Positions 52,600 through 62,196 of a DNA stretch of 64,000 nt are shown one piece after another (positions within the stretch are counted from its first letter, which is position 1; every line of letters starts with the position of its first letter). Under the pieces are notes generated by a model. The model was given only the letters and a program-made list of their open reading frames with translations, did no database searches and was not told where the DNA came from. This stretch comes from Candidatus Schekmanbacteria bacterium (GTDB taxonomy: Bacteria; CSSED10-310; JACPHN01), in the NCBI GenBank assembly GCA_016188575.1, contig JACPHN010000192.1, forward strand, positions 150 to 64,149. Direction: 5' to 3'. The position numbers and the translations under genes are program-made.

Positions 52600-53780
52600 G
52601 TCTCTCTCTCCTTCTCTGGTTGCGGTGAGCGCAGCAGAATGTCGCGCACTTCGCCGCGGCCAACGACGAGGTCCTTGACGACCAGCCAGCGATTGTGCAG
52701 GCGCAATCCCAGGCGCACTGGTCCCGGTTGGGCGATACCGAGCTCAATTGCACCTTCGCTACTCACCGATCTCTCCCAGCCGCTGCCATCTGGCAGCACA
52801 ACGACGGCGACCGTCCCCGCGGGGAGTCGGTCGGAGCGCCCATCGAGCCTGACTCGCACGACGGAGCCGTACTGCAGGCGCGACATCCGCCGCCCCAGCA
52901 GGGACTGCCGCGGCCACGGCTCCATATCCACAACATAGGACCGATCCCGAGTCGCTCGCAAGAACAGACCGGTGCGCGCCCACTCGACGAGCCGCGCCGG
53001 CGCCTCGGGCCACGCCGGGACGGAATCTTCGTCGCTCCTGGCCGGCGGCTGGTCTTCAGTGGTGAGGACGACGTGGTAGGCGTCGACGAAGTCCCGGGAA
53101 ACCAGGGGATCGCTCATGAGCCAGCCGAGCTCGGGGTAGCGCACCTCGAGCCACCGGTGCAGGCGAATCTCGGGATTGGCACCCGGCTCGTCGCGCGGCA
53201 CGATCAAGAAACCCCGCACCCGTCGCGCGTCCAGACCGAATTCCTTGAGCAGCGCCACCGCGAGATTCGACTGCCCGACGCAACTGGCGACCCGCTCGCG
53301 GAGCGCGTCCTCCGGCTGGGCGTGGCGGGATAGCGGCTCGTACGCGACCTCGTCGCGGACCCAGCTCAGCACACTGCGAACCGCCTGATACGTTGCGGCC
53401 AGCGACTGGCCACGGCGCTTCCCTTGCCATGCCAGCAGTGCGGCGAGCTCCGCAGGGCGGCGCGGGTGCGAAATCGTCGCGCCCGCCGCTTCCAGCGCCG
53501 CGAGCACGCGCGCGTCGACGCGCGAGCGATCGGTAACCGGTTTCAAGGACACCGCTACCGTCAGCAGCGCGACGCCCGCGCGCTCCGCGCCCGCCGTCAC
53601 AACGCCCTGGGTGAATCCGGCGCGCTCGATCCGCGGTATTCGCGCCGCCAAGTCCGCGCTCCGCAGCTCGTATACTGCCGTCTGCGAGCCCGCTCGGATT
53701 TCGGTCGCTGCCCCTGCCACCGCGGCGAATCCGAGCGCCGCTAGCGCCGCCGCGACTGCCAGGGAACGCGCCCCAATCAC
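52596..53780 (-). CDS. Exported transglutaminase-like (Cys-protease fold) protein
   Basis: Signal peptide. ..ASCVGQSNLAVALLKEFGLDARRVRGF.......HRWLEV...LGWLMSDP gives Cys-His-Asp transglutaminase-core spacing. Confidence 0.7.
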   Translation of the reverse strand: MIGARSLAVAAALAALGFAAVAGAATEIRAGSQTAVYELRSADLAARIPRIERAGFTQGVVTAGAERAGVALLTVAVSLKPVTDRSRVDARVLAALEAAGATISHPRRPAELAALLAWQGKRRGQSLAATYQAVRSVLSWVRDEVAYEPLSRHAQPEDALRERVASCVGQSNLAVALLKEFGLDARRVRGFLIVPRDEPGANPEIRLHRWLEVRYPELGWLMSDPLVSRDFVDAYHVVLTTEDQPPARSDEDSVPAWPEAPARLVEWARTGLFLRATRDRSYVVDMEPWPRQSLLGRRMSRLQYGSVVRVRLDGRSDRLPAGTVAVVVLPDGSGWERSVSSEGAIELGIAQPGPVRLGLRLHNRWLVVKDLVVGRGEVRDILLRSPQPEKERET

Positions 53781-53789
53781 CGCGACCCC

Positions 53790-54515
53790 CTAGCGCCCGT
53801 ACTCCAGGCGCTCGATCAGGAAAGGATGAATACCCGACTTGCGCATCATCTCCTGCGTCTTGCCCACAGCGTACGGCTGCCGATACAGCCTGATCAGCGA
53901 CTGCTCCTCGTCGAAGACCGCAAAGCACGAGTCGGGGATGCCGTCGCGCGGCTGGCCAACACTGCCGACGTTGACCAGGTACCGCACTTCCGGCTCCATC
54001 GTCACTTCGCCGGCATGCAGGCGGCACGTGGTCTCCGACTCGAAGCTCAGCATGAGCGGCTGGTGTGAGTGGCCAATGAAACAGACCTGCTGATCAAAAT
54101 AGGCAAGCTGAAACATGGCGTCACTCGGGGTGACCACGTAGTGCCACATGTGGGGTTGGAACGGCGTCGAATGAACGAAAATCGCCGAATCGCGCTCACA
54201 CGTGAGCGGCAAGTCGCGCAGAAAGTTGAAGTTCTCCTTGCTGAGCTGGGAGCGCGTCCAGAACAACGCCTCGCGGGCGTACGGATTGAAGTAGGCGATG
54301 TCCATCTGACCGACGGTCGCACAGTCGTGGTTTCCCATGAGCACCGCATCACAGCGCTCGCGCACGAGGTCGACGCATTCATTGGGGCTCGGCCCGTAGC
54401 CGACGATGTCGCCGAGGCAGACCAGATAGCCGCAGTCAAGGTCGTCCAGCGCCGTGTACACTGACCGCAGCGCCTCGAGATTGCCGTGGATATCCGAGAT
54501 AATGCCGATCTTCAC
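53790..54515 (-). CDS. Metallophosphoesterase (calcineurin-like, YfcE/MJ0936 type)
   Basis: MKIGIISDIHGN, ..LGDIVGYGP.., ..GNHD.. and ..GHSH.. are present. Confidence 0.85.
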   Translation of the reverse strand: MKIGIISDIHGNLEALRSVYTALDDLDCGYLVCLGDIVGYGPSPNECVDLVRERCDAVLMGNHDCATVGQMDIAYFNPYAREALFWTRSQLSKENFNFLRDLPLTCERDSAIFVHSTPFQPHMWHYVVTPSDAMFQLAYFDQQVCFIGHSHQPLMLSFESETTCRLHAGEVTMEPEVRYLVNVGSVGQPRDGIPDSCFAVFDEEQSLIRLYRQPYAVGKTQEMMRKSGIHPFLIERLEYGR

Positions 54516-54952
54516 ATCGTTTCCCCGACTTTGGCGGTGTCCGCGCGCAGCACCTTGCGAACGGCGTCGAGCACCCCGTTGATGAACGGCCCGGTCTTCG
54601 GGCCGCCATACTTCTTCCCGAGCTCGACGGCCTCGTCGATGCTGACCGCGTCCGGGACCTCGGCGACGTAGCAGATCTCGTAGAGCGCCAGGCGCAAGAG
54701 ATTGCGGTCAACGATACTCATGCGGTCCGTCTCCCAATGCGCGGACGCACGGCGAATCAATGCGTCGAGCTCGCAAAGATGGCCCGCCGTACCGCGAACC
54801 AGCGCTTCGGTGTAGTTTCGCACCGCGTCGGGCAGCGCAGCCTCACTGAAGTACGAGCGCATCCGTGACGCCAGCGCCGATAGCTCGCCCCACTGGTCGA
54901 GCAAGTAAAGGAGCTTCAATGCCTCTTCGCGGGCTTGGGTTCGCGGGTGCAT
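54512..54952 (-). CDS. nusB: Transcription antitermination factor NusB
   Basis: ..AREEALKLLY..D..., ..DRNLLRLALYE......VP..V.IDEAVELGKKYG......FINGVLD. Confidence 0.9.
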   Translation of the reverse strand: MHPRTQAREEALKLLYLLDQWGELSALASRMRSYFSEAALPDAVRNYTEALVRGTAGHLCELDALIRRASAHWETDRMSIVDRNLLRLALYEICYVAEVPDAVSIDEAVELGKKYGGPKTGPFINGVLDAVRKVLRADTAKVGETM

Positions 54953-55134
54953 GCTGGTTGCCGGAGCGGGGACTGGGTGACATGCGGATCGTCGGACAGC
55001 GAGCTGCCAATTCTACGGTTTCGCGCGCCGATCTGTCAAGAACGCGCCCGCAAAGGCTGTTCGCGACTTGCGTGGCGCGCGGTTGCGCGCGCCCGCGCCA
55101 GGCTCTTGAAGCAGCTACCCGGAGCGGTGCTACG

Positions 55135-57507
55135 ATGAGGGTCATCCCACCTCATCGCAGCCCCCGGTTCGCCGCCATGATGCCTCCGGACAACTCCGCC
55201 TCTCCTACCGCGCCCGACTCCCAGTCGGGGGAGTCACCATGGGATGCGACCGCCGCCCCCTCGCGCTCGATCCCCTGGAGTGGCGGAACGATCCTGGGCG
55301 CGGGCAACTTGCTGGGAAACCGCTATCGGCTAATCGAGCGGCTCGGCCAGGGGTCCCGGGGGGAAGTTTGGCGCGCCCGCGACCTCGAGCTCGAGATCGA
55401 CATCGCCTTGAAGTCTGTGTCGCCGTGCTCCGGGCCGGCGGACGGTCACGACCGCCTGCGGCAGGAGGTCGCCGCCGCGCGCGCGGTGGCCTCGCCTCAC
55501 GTTTGCCGTGTGCTTGATCTCGTCGAGGTCCAGGGCCGAGAGCTCATCGCCATGGAGCTGGTTGACGGACAGCCGCTGCCGGCTTACCTGCGCGCCCGCG
55601 CGCCGCTCGCGCTTGCCGAGGCGAACGCCATTGCGCAGCAAATGCTCCAAGGGCTCGCCGCGATTCACCGCGCCGGCCTCGTGCACCGCGACCTGCAGCC
55701 CTCGCAGATCATGGTCGCCGACGGGGGTCGCGTGGTAATCATGGACTTCGTCCTGGCCGCGGTGCTGGCGGGCCAATGCCCGAACGGCGCTGCCGCCGGC
55801 GCGCGGCGTTACGTGAGCCCTGAGCAAGCGCGCGGTGAGCAGCTCGACGCCCGCAGCGACCTCTACGCGGCCGCGATGGTTTGTGACGAGCTCCTGGCAG
55901 CAGGCCGCACCGATTTCACAAGCGCCGCCAGCGGCCCGCTCCAGGCATCACCCGCGGCGCCACATCTCCCAGAGAGCCCCTGGCGGCCGGCCCTATTGCG
56001 CGCCCTCGATCCGACCCCGAGCGCTCGCCCCCAATCCGCTCAGGCGCTCGCCTGCGACCTGCACGAGCTGACGGCGCGCGCGAGCTCCACCGCCGGTACT
56101 GCTCCCTTCCCCGGCATGCGGCCGTTCACCGCTGCGGAAGCCGACCGCTACTACGGCAGAGACGCCGAGATCGAGCGGATCTGGAAGCGTATTCCCTATC
56201 GGCAGCTCATCGCGCTCGTCGGTCCGTCCGGGGCCGGCAAGACCTCATTCGTGCACGCCGGAATCGCCGCCCATGCGCCGGAACGCTGGCGCGTGCTCGC
56301 GCTTGCGCCGCGTTCGGACCCCTTCGCGGCGCTCGGCGCTGCTGTCAGCTCGGCGGCACCTGCGCACGGCTCCGCCGCCGGACCGGAGTCATCAGGCCAC
56401 CCCCTGGTTTGGGCGACACCAGCGGCCGCCCGCGCCAGCTTCGAGCGCTGGCGGCTCCTCCAAGATAGCGTGCTCCTCGTCCTCGATCCCGGCGAAGAGC
56501 TCTTCAGCCAAACGCCGCGCGAGCTGCGAGCCGCGTTCATCGAGCTCCTTTCGTTTTCCCTTACGGAGCTCGGAGTGCACGTCATCCTTTCCATTCGGGA
56601 TGACTACTTCTTTCGCTGCCAGGAATACCCCGCCCTCGCTCCCGTGTTCGACAACTTGTTTCCACTCGCGCCACCTACCGCTGGTGCCTTGTTTCGCGCA
56701 TTCAGCGAACCGGTCGAGAAGCTCGGATTTCGCTATGAAAGTCGGGATCTCGTCGCCGAGATGATCGCGGCCGGTACCGGGGAGGCCGCTGCGCTGCCCC
56801 TGCTGAGCTTCGCGGCAGCTCGGCTGTGGGAGGAACGAGAGCAGACCAGCCGCACGCTGACCATCGCGGCGTACCGTCGCATCGGTGGCGTAGCCGGCGC
56901 CCTTGCCCGGCACGCCGACGCGGTCGTTGCGTCCCTGGGGCCGGAACGTCTGGCGCTGGTCCGCGAGATTTTCCGCAACCTGATGACGCTCGAGGGGAAG
57001 CCCATTTCTCGCCGTGTCCGCGAGCTCGCAGCGCTGAGCCCCGACGCCGGCGAGGTAGACGCCGTCCTCGCGACCCTCGCCGACGCTCGCTTGCTCACCA
57101 GGATCGACGACAACGCCGCCGTGGCGAGCGCTCCTCCCGCGTCGGGCCTTGCCGAGGAACCGGCGCCGGCCCGGAATCAGCGCGTCGAAGTCATCCACGA
57201 GTCGCTCCTGCAGGCGTGGCCGCGACTCGTACGGTGGCGGGCGCAGGACGTGGACTGCGCCGTATTCCGGGATGAGCTGCGCCAGGCGGCGGTGGCCTGG
57301 GAAGACAGCGGCCGGAAGGCGGATCGGCTCTGGACCGGCGAGGTGTACCGCGAGTACGAGCTGTGGCGCTCGCGCTACCCCGTCCAGCTTACGGAGATCG
57401 AGGCGGCGTTCGCCGACGCCATGGATCGCTGCGAACGGCGGCGCGCATTCCGCCGCCGGATCGGCCTGAGCGCGGTGATCGCCGGCTTGCTGCGTCCGTG
57501 GGGGTAG
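55135..57507 (+). CDS. Ser/Thr protein kinase fused to a STAND-type P-loop NTPase
   Basis: Kinase: GQGSRGEVW, HRDLQPSQI, ..MDF... NTPase: FPGMRPFT..EADRYYGRD.E......I....L.ALVGPSGAGKTSFV. Start set at the ATG at 55135, outside nusB. It ends in a short hydrophobic stretch with no repeat domain. Confidence 0.8.
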   Translation: MRVIPPHRSPRFAAMMPPDNSASPTAPDSQSGESPWDATAAPSRSIPWSGGTILGAGNLLGNRYRLIERLGQGSRGEVWRARDLELEIDIALKSVSPCSGPADGHDRLRQEVAAARAVASPHVCRVLDLVEVQGRELIAMELVDGQPLPAYLRARAPLALAEANAIAQQMLQGLAAIHRAGLVHRDLQPSQIMVADGGRVVIMDFVLAAVLAGQCPNGAAAGARRYVSPEQARGEQLDARSDLYAAAMVCDELLAAGRTDFTSAASGPLQASPAAPHLPESPWRPALLRALDPTPSARPQSAQALACDLHELTARASSTAGTAPFPGMRPFTAAEADRYYGRDAEIERIWKRIPYRQLIALVGPSGAGKTSFVHAGIAAHAPERWRVLALAPRSDPFAALGAAVSSAAPAHGSAAGPESSGHPLVWATPAAARASFERWRLLQDSVLLVLDPGEELFSQTPRELRAAFIELLSFSLTELGVHVILSIRDDYFFRCQEYPALAPVFDNLFPLAPPTAGALFRAFSEPVEKLGFRYESRDLVAEMIAAGTGEAAALPLLSFAAARLWEEREQTSRTLTIAAYRRIGGVAGALARHADAVVASLGPERLALVREIFRNLMTLEGKPISRRVRELAALSPDAGEVDAVLATLADARLLTRIDDNAAVASAPPASGLAEEPAPARNQRVEVIHESLLQAWPRLVRWRAQDVDCAVFRDELRQAAVAWEDSGRKADRLWTGEVYREYELWRSRYPVQLTEIEAAFADAMDRCERRRAFRRRIGLSAVIAGLLRPWG

Positions 57508-57513
57508 TGGCCG

Positions 57514-57542
57514 CGCGCGGTCGGCGCGCGGTCGGCGCGCGG
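57514..57542. repeat. Tandem 11-nt repeat (cgcgcggtcgg x about 2.6) between convergent genes
   Basis: Direct reading. It can also fold as alternative GC hairpins. Confidence 0.8.
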
Positions 57543-57603
57543 CCTTCTGTCTGCACGCCGTGGTTCCCGCCGCCTGTTTGGCGGGTAGCGACGACCAGGG
57601 TCT

Positions 57604-57622
57604 GCCGCGCGGGTCGCGCGGC
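57604..57622 (-). terminator. Tight GC hairpin 2 nt after the stop of the HDOD gene
   Basis: gccgcgcg-ggt-cgcgcggc, an 8-bp stem with a 3-nt loop. No U-tract. Confidence 0.35.
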
Positions 57623-57624
57623 GG

Positions 57625-60195
57625 TCAGCGCGCCGCGGCCAGCAGCTCGCGCAGCGCCGCCCGCTCGGCGGGTAGCGGAACGAGGGACAGCGACTCGTCC
57701 AGCGGCACCAGGCCCGCCTCGCGCAGTGCCTCCTCGGAACATTCGCGGAACGGCAGAAAGGCCGTGAACGGCACGCCTTCCGGTCTTGCGGCGCGCACTT
57801 TGGCGAGCTCCGCGGCGAGCTCCGCGGCCCTGCGCGCCACGATCCAGTGTTGAAAACAGGGCTCTCCCACCTTCTCGAGCAGACGTTCCACGGAAGGATA
57901 CCGTTCCACGGTCAGGCCAGCTCCCGTAATCAGTAGAACCGTTCCCTCGACGGCGTCGCCGCCAAGATCGACCAGGCGGACCGGCGGCGCCGATCGCGCA
58001 GCCGGTCGCTCGAACCGCGCCTGCGCGCCAAGAAACGAAGCCAGGTCCGTCATCTCGTCGGCAAGCAGCCCGAGCGTCGCGTCCCCGAGGTGGGACCCAA
58101 TACGTTCCATGCCCTCAGCTACCTCGGGCAGTGCGAGCGCGATCATGTGCTCACCGGTGTCACCCATCCCGTAAAGTTGCACGGCCCAGCGCGCGACCCG
58201 CACCACCGACGCGCTTCGCCGCACCGTTTCATCCGGGAACGAGCTGATTTTTGCCGGAGAATTGAAGATGCGCACCACGTCCACCAGAAACTTCGGAAAT
58301 CGCCATTGCTCGAGCACGTAGCTGCCGACAAAGGTGTGGTCTACCCCGAAAACCTGCTGCAGGGCGGTCGCGAGCGGTATGCCGCGCGCGGTCGCCAGGC
58401 TCAGCGACCGCGCAAACAGGTCGCGGAAGTTCTGCTCGAGGATGACCTTGCCAAAGTCGGCGAGCAGGCCGGCGATGAAGCACTCGTCCGGACCGGGTAG
58501 ACCCACCTTCCGAGCGAGAATCTTCGCCAGTACCGCACTGGCCAACGACGCTTTCCAGAACGCCAGGGGGTCGAAGCCCGCCACGGTTTCCTGGGTTTCG
58601 AAGTGCTTGATCACGGACAGGCCGAGCACCAGAGACCGCACTTCGTTGAAGCCGACGCGAATGATCGCCTGACCGGGGCTCGAGATCTTGCGGACCGACG
58701 CGAAAATCGGGCTGTTCGCCCTTCTGAGCACGACCGCGGTGGTCTCGGAGTCGGCGAGAATGGCCTTTTCGAGATCTCGTGATCCACTTCCTTCGTCGGA
58801 GGTGATGGCCAGCACGCGGGACACGATCATCGGCGCGGCCTGAATCGACTCGAGGCGACGGAGCCGCGCCAGCATGCCATTCACGGACTCGAGCGCTTCC
58901 TCGCCTGTGGTCTCGCCCGCGGCCGCTGCGTCGGCGCCGCCATTCCCGCTTAACGCGCCGGCGACGGCGACAAGCTCCCGCGCCAGCTCCGCCACCGCGA
59001 TGGGCTTTCGCAAAATCTTGCTCACGCGGTGACCGACGGCGATGCGCGCCCACTCTCCGGTCGGGTTTTCCGCCAGCCACACCACCACCGGAACCTTGCC
59101 TTTCCGCGCCGCGAGCCCCGCCGCGAGGAACAGATATTCGTCGGCGCTCTCCGGCGCATCGATCAGGACCACGTCGGGCGAGAGCGAGGCGACATAGGCA
59201 GTCACCTCGTCCGGCCTCTCCATGGCGACGACCGTAGACTTCGGCAGGCGGCCCCGCAGGAGCCGGGCCAGGTGCTGCGCCGGGCCGACGTAGCAGACGT
59301 GCACGGTGCTCGTGATCCAGGCCGCGTCGGCAATCCTGGCCGCGCTGGCGCCGAGAAAGACATTCTTGATCGCGGTCGCGAGCTCGGCGATCTCGGCTGA
59401 TTTGGAAAAACATGCCGCCGCTCCGGCGACGAGAAAACGGCTCTGCCGGCTATCGGCGATCGAGGAGCCGAACACGAGCACTGGTCCATGAGCTGGAAAT
59501 CGCTCCATCGCCTTCAGGGCGACCTCGGCGTCGCTCGGCGGCAGCTCCATGTCGACGAAAAGGCCGTCCGGTGCCAGCTCGCCATAGCGCTCCGCGACTT
59601 CTGTGGCCGTGCCGGCCTGGCCAACGACGCGGCAGCCCGAGGCTGCGGCGATGCGCTGCAGGAGCTGTCGCACCACGGACGACCCGGCGGCTACCAGAAT
59701 TTTCGTCTGCTTTTCGTCCGCCGCGCCGGCTTCACTTCCAGTCTCCGCCTCTTGCCCCGCCTCCCGGAGCGCCGCCTCGCCTCCCCCCGCCGCTCCGCCG
59801 CCGCTGTGCGGTGCCTGCGCGCTCGCGCTCAGCAGCGCCAACATGCGCTTGGCCAGTGCTTCGGGCGCCGTTACCACCAGATAGCCCGTCGCTCCTCGCG
59901 CGAGCACCTCCTCACGCTCGCCGGCGGAGCCCCCGGTGGACAACGCCACCAAGGGGACGTTTGGGAAGCGCTGTCGCAGCATGGTGAGCGCATCGGCAGC
60001 CGTAACGCGGCCCGCCGCGACGTCCAACACGATGCCCACGCCGCCGCCGCCCTCGGCCGACCGCGTCACCGCCTGTCGGCCCTCACGGATGCCTGCACCT
60101 ACAGTTTCCGCAATCTTGATCGTATGGCCCGCACGCTCCAGCGGCTCGTGCCACGCGCCCTGCGCCGCTTCCGGGCCAATGTGTATGATGAGCAC
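57625..60195 (-). CDS. Multi-receiver-like protein with a central HDOD domain
   Basis: Several CheY-like folds, most lacking the acidic pocket (e.g. the N-terminus MLIIHIGPE..). HDOD: ..VSRVLAITSDEGSGSRDLEKAILADSETTAVVLRRANSP.......I.S..QAI...G...VR.LVLGLSV. Confidence 0.75.
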   Translation of the reverse strand: MLIIHIGPEAAQGAWHEPLERAGHTIKIAETVGAGIREGRQAVTRSAEGGGGVGIVLDVAAGRVTAADALTMLRQRFPNVPLVALSTGGSAGEREEVLARGATGYLVVTAPEALAKRMLALLSASAQAPHSGGGAAGGGEAALREAGQEAETGSEAGAADEKQTKILVAAGSSVVRQLLQRIAAASGCRVVGQAGTATEVAERYGELAPDGLFVDMELPPSDAEVALKAMERFPAHGPVLVFGSSIADSRQSRFLVAGAAACFSKSAEIAELATAIKNVFLGASAARIADAAWITSTVHVCYVGPAQHLARLLRGRLPKSTVVAMERPDEVTAYVASLSPDVVLIDAPESADEYLFLAAGLAARKGKVPVVVWLAENPTGEWARIAVGHRVSKILRKPIAVAELARELVAVAGALSGNGGADAAAAGETTGEEALESVNGMLARLRRLESIQAAPMIVSRVLAITSDEGSGSRDLEKAILADSETTAVVLRRANSPIFASVRKISSPGQAIIRVGFNEVRSLVLGLSVIKHFETQETVAGFDPLAFWKASLASAVLAKILARKVGLPGPDECFIAGLLADFGKVILEQNFRDLFARSLSLATARGIPLATALQQVFGVDHTFVGSYVLEQWRFPKFLVDVVRIFNSPAKISSFPDETVRRSASVVRVARWAVQLYGMGDTGEHMIALALPEVAEGMERIGSHLGDATLGLLADEMTDLASFLGAQARFERPAARSAPPVRLVDLGGDAVEGTVLLITGAGLTVERYPSVERLLEKVGEPCFQHWIVARRAAELAAELAKVRAARPEGVPFTAFLPFRECSEEALREAGLVPLDESLSLVPLPAERAALRELLAAAR

Positions 60196-60503
60196 CTCGC
60201 CCCTCGCTCGGTTCCGACTACCGCACCACCGCGGGCTGCACCGGGAGCAAGCCCCGAGCCTCGATGACGCGGCACGTCAATCTTCGCTAGAGTACGATGA
60301 CGCGCCGCACGCGCTGATCGTAGACCCGTTCGGGCGCTCACGCCAGGGGCACAGATCGCCTGAATCCACCTCCTGTTCGACGTCGACGCGACAGCGCCCC
60401 TGCCGTCCTTCCCCCGCTGGCCTGGGGAAGGGGTGAACAGTTGCGCTTGCAGCCGAACAGGCAGTGGATCCGGGAACCGCCCGGGAAAAGAGGCGCAGCC
60501 GGT

Positions 60504-61958
60504 CTACAGCAATGCCCGCCCGCGGCGGACGCGCCACACCGACAGGAGCATTACCGCGCTCAGCAGTCCTACCAACAGGACGTTCCACTGGCGGTGCATG
60601 AGCGGCACGTCGGAGCCGGCGCAGCCACGGCTGTCGGTGTAGGCGCCTGGCTCCGTCTCCAGGCAGTCATCCCAACAGTTCGGAACCCCGTCCCCGTCGT
60701 CATCGGGAATCGCCACGCCCATGCACATCTGCGGGGTCGCGGTGGGGGTCGCCGTCGGCGTCCGTGTCGGCGTCGGCGTGCGCGTCGCCGTGGCCGCGGG
60801 CCCGGTTGGCGTCGCCGTGGCGGTCTTCGTGGCGGTCGCCGTCGCCGTGCCCGTCGGCGTCGGAGAGCCCACCTGCGGCGTCGCCGTTGCCGTCGCTGTC
60901 GGGTTGCTCCCGCCCGCCGAGTACAGGTTGGGGCGATAGTTGACCAGCGAGCAGCGCATGCGCCGCGATTGCTCCAGCGTGAACTTGTTCATGCAACTGT
61001 CGTCGCTGTAGTCCATGTAGTTGTCGATTGGGTCCGGGGTCCCGCAGCTCTGTTTCCCCGTCGGACAGCCGGATGTCGCTTCCTGCTCAGATGCCGTATC
61101 GCAGATGAGATCACCGCTCGAGTAGCACGCCGGCGCAGTCCCCGACGCGCAGGCACCGGTAAACGTATGCTCCAGACCGAGGTAGTGACCCACTTCGTGA
61201 GTCGCCGTCCGCCCCAGGCCAAATGGGTCATAGGCCGGGTTGACGCCGAACGCTTCGGACAGAATCACCACGCGATCTTGCTTGTCTCCAGCGATTCCGC
61301 CCTGGGGCAGGTCGGGGACATATCCCAGATTGCCACCTGCGGTGTTGGTATAAATGTTCATGTATTTGTTCGTGTCCCAGGCGAGCGTATTCCAATAGTC
61401 GCCGCCGTCGTTGTACCAGGTGTCGTTGGTCGAGCGCGTGATCCCGGTCGTCGGCTGCCCATCTGGGTCCGTCGTCGCCAGCTTGAAGCGGATGCCGATG
61501 TCGTATCCGGGCGCGCCGTTGGTACCGGGAACCGCCTGGTAGTCTTCGTTGAGTACCTGGATCTGGCTGAATACGCGGTCGTCCGTCAGCGCTCCCTGAC
61601 CGCCCGAGGTCTGGATGATGTGGACGACGACGGGAATTTCATATAGGGAGCTGGTCGCATACTCATCCGTGGGATTGGTGACGCTATAGGTGCAGTCGCC
61701 CGGAACCCGGCCAATCGGCAGGCGCAGCGACCGCGACGGCAGACCGCAGATGCGCCCTGCTTTCACCTTTTCCAGGAATCGATCCGACGCCACGTACTCG
61801 GCGTAGTCCCGGTAGCGCACACCATCCACCACTACGGATTGACTGGCGGCGCGCGCCGGCGCCGCTGCCGCGGCCAGCGCAATGACGGTGATGGTAATCG
61901 TGGCCGCCATGGCGGCGCTTTCCTGCATGACACCCCGCAGCGTTTCTTTTCGCGGCAT
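60504..61958 (-). CDS. Secreted M43 (pappalysin/ulilysin-like) zinc metalloprotease with a Thr/Pro/Ala linker and C-terminal TM/basic tail
   Basis: Start at the ATG at 61956-61958 (AGGAGGAGGA upstream). Signal peptide. HEVGHYLGLEHTF. Low-complexity PTATATATP.. linker. DDDGDGVPNCWDDC. Tail SDVPLMHRQWNVLLVGLLSAVMLLSVWRVRRGR. Confidence 0.85.
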   Translation of the reverse strand: MPRKETLRGVMQESAAMAATITITVIALAAAAAPARAASQSVVVDGVRYRDYAEYVASDRFLEKVKAGRICGLPSRSLRLPIGRVPGDCTYSVTNPTDEYATSSLYEIPVVVHIIQTSGGQGALTDDRVFSQIQVLNEDYQAVPGTNGAPGYDIGIRFKLATTDPDGQPTTGITRSTNDTWYNDGGDYWNTLAWDTNKYMNIYTNTAGGNLGYVPDLPQGGIAGDKQDRVVILSEAFGVNPAYDPFGLGRTATHEVGHYLGLEHTFTGACASGTAPACYSSGDLICDTASEQEATSGCPTGKQSCGTPDPIDNYMDYSDDSCMNKFTLEQSRRMRCSLVNYRPNLYSAGGSNPTATATATPQVGSPTPTGTATATATKTATATPTGPAATATRTPTPTRTPTATPTATPQMCMGVAIPDDDGDGVPNCWDDCLETEPGAYTDSRGCAGSDVPLMHRQWNVLLVGLLSAVMLLSVWRVRRGRALL

Positions 61959-62196
61959 GGAATCCTCCTCCTGATTGCTTGCTCTCGCCCTGAATAGCGC
62001 ACGAAGCGGCCCCGACCCAAACGTCGCGATCGACCGCCCTGCCGTGTGCACAATTAGACCCGCTGGCCGGTCGCGCGGGCAAGTTTGCGCGCGGGCTTCC
62101 GGAAAACTATACTGCGATCGCACCGGCTGTCGTCACAGCACCAGCGCTTCGCCACGGATACTTGCGGCTCGAGCGGGCCGCTCGGAGATCAGCATC

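Noticed and set aside
57514-57542. CRISPR-like or other array.
   Set aside because: It has only about 2.6 copies of an 11-nt unit with no spacers. No array-like structure exists anywhere in the window.
60700-60900. Repetitive DNA (gtcgccgt.g-type periodicity) that might be a non-coding tandem repeat.
   Set aside because: It lies in-frame inside the M43 protease and encodes a Thr/Pro/Ala-rich linker (PTATATATP..TGTATATATKTATATP..). This is a low-complexity coding region.
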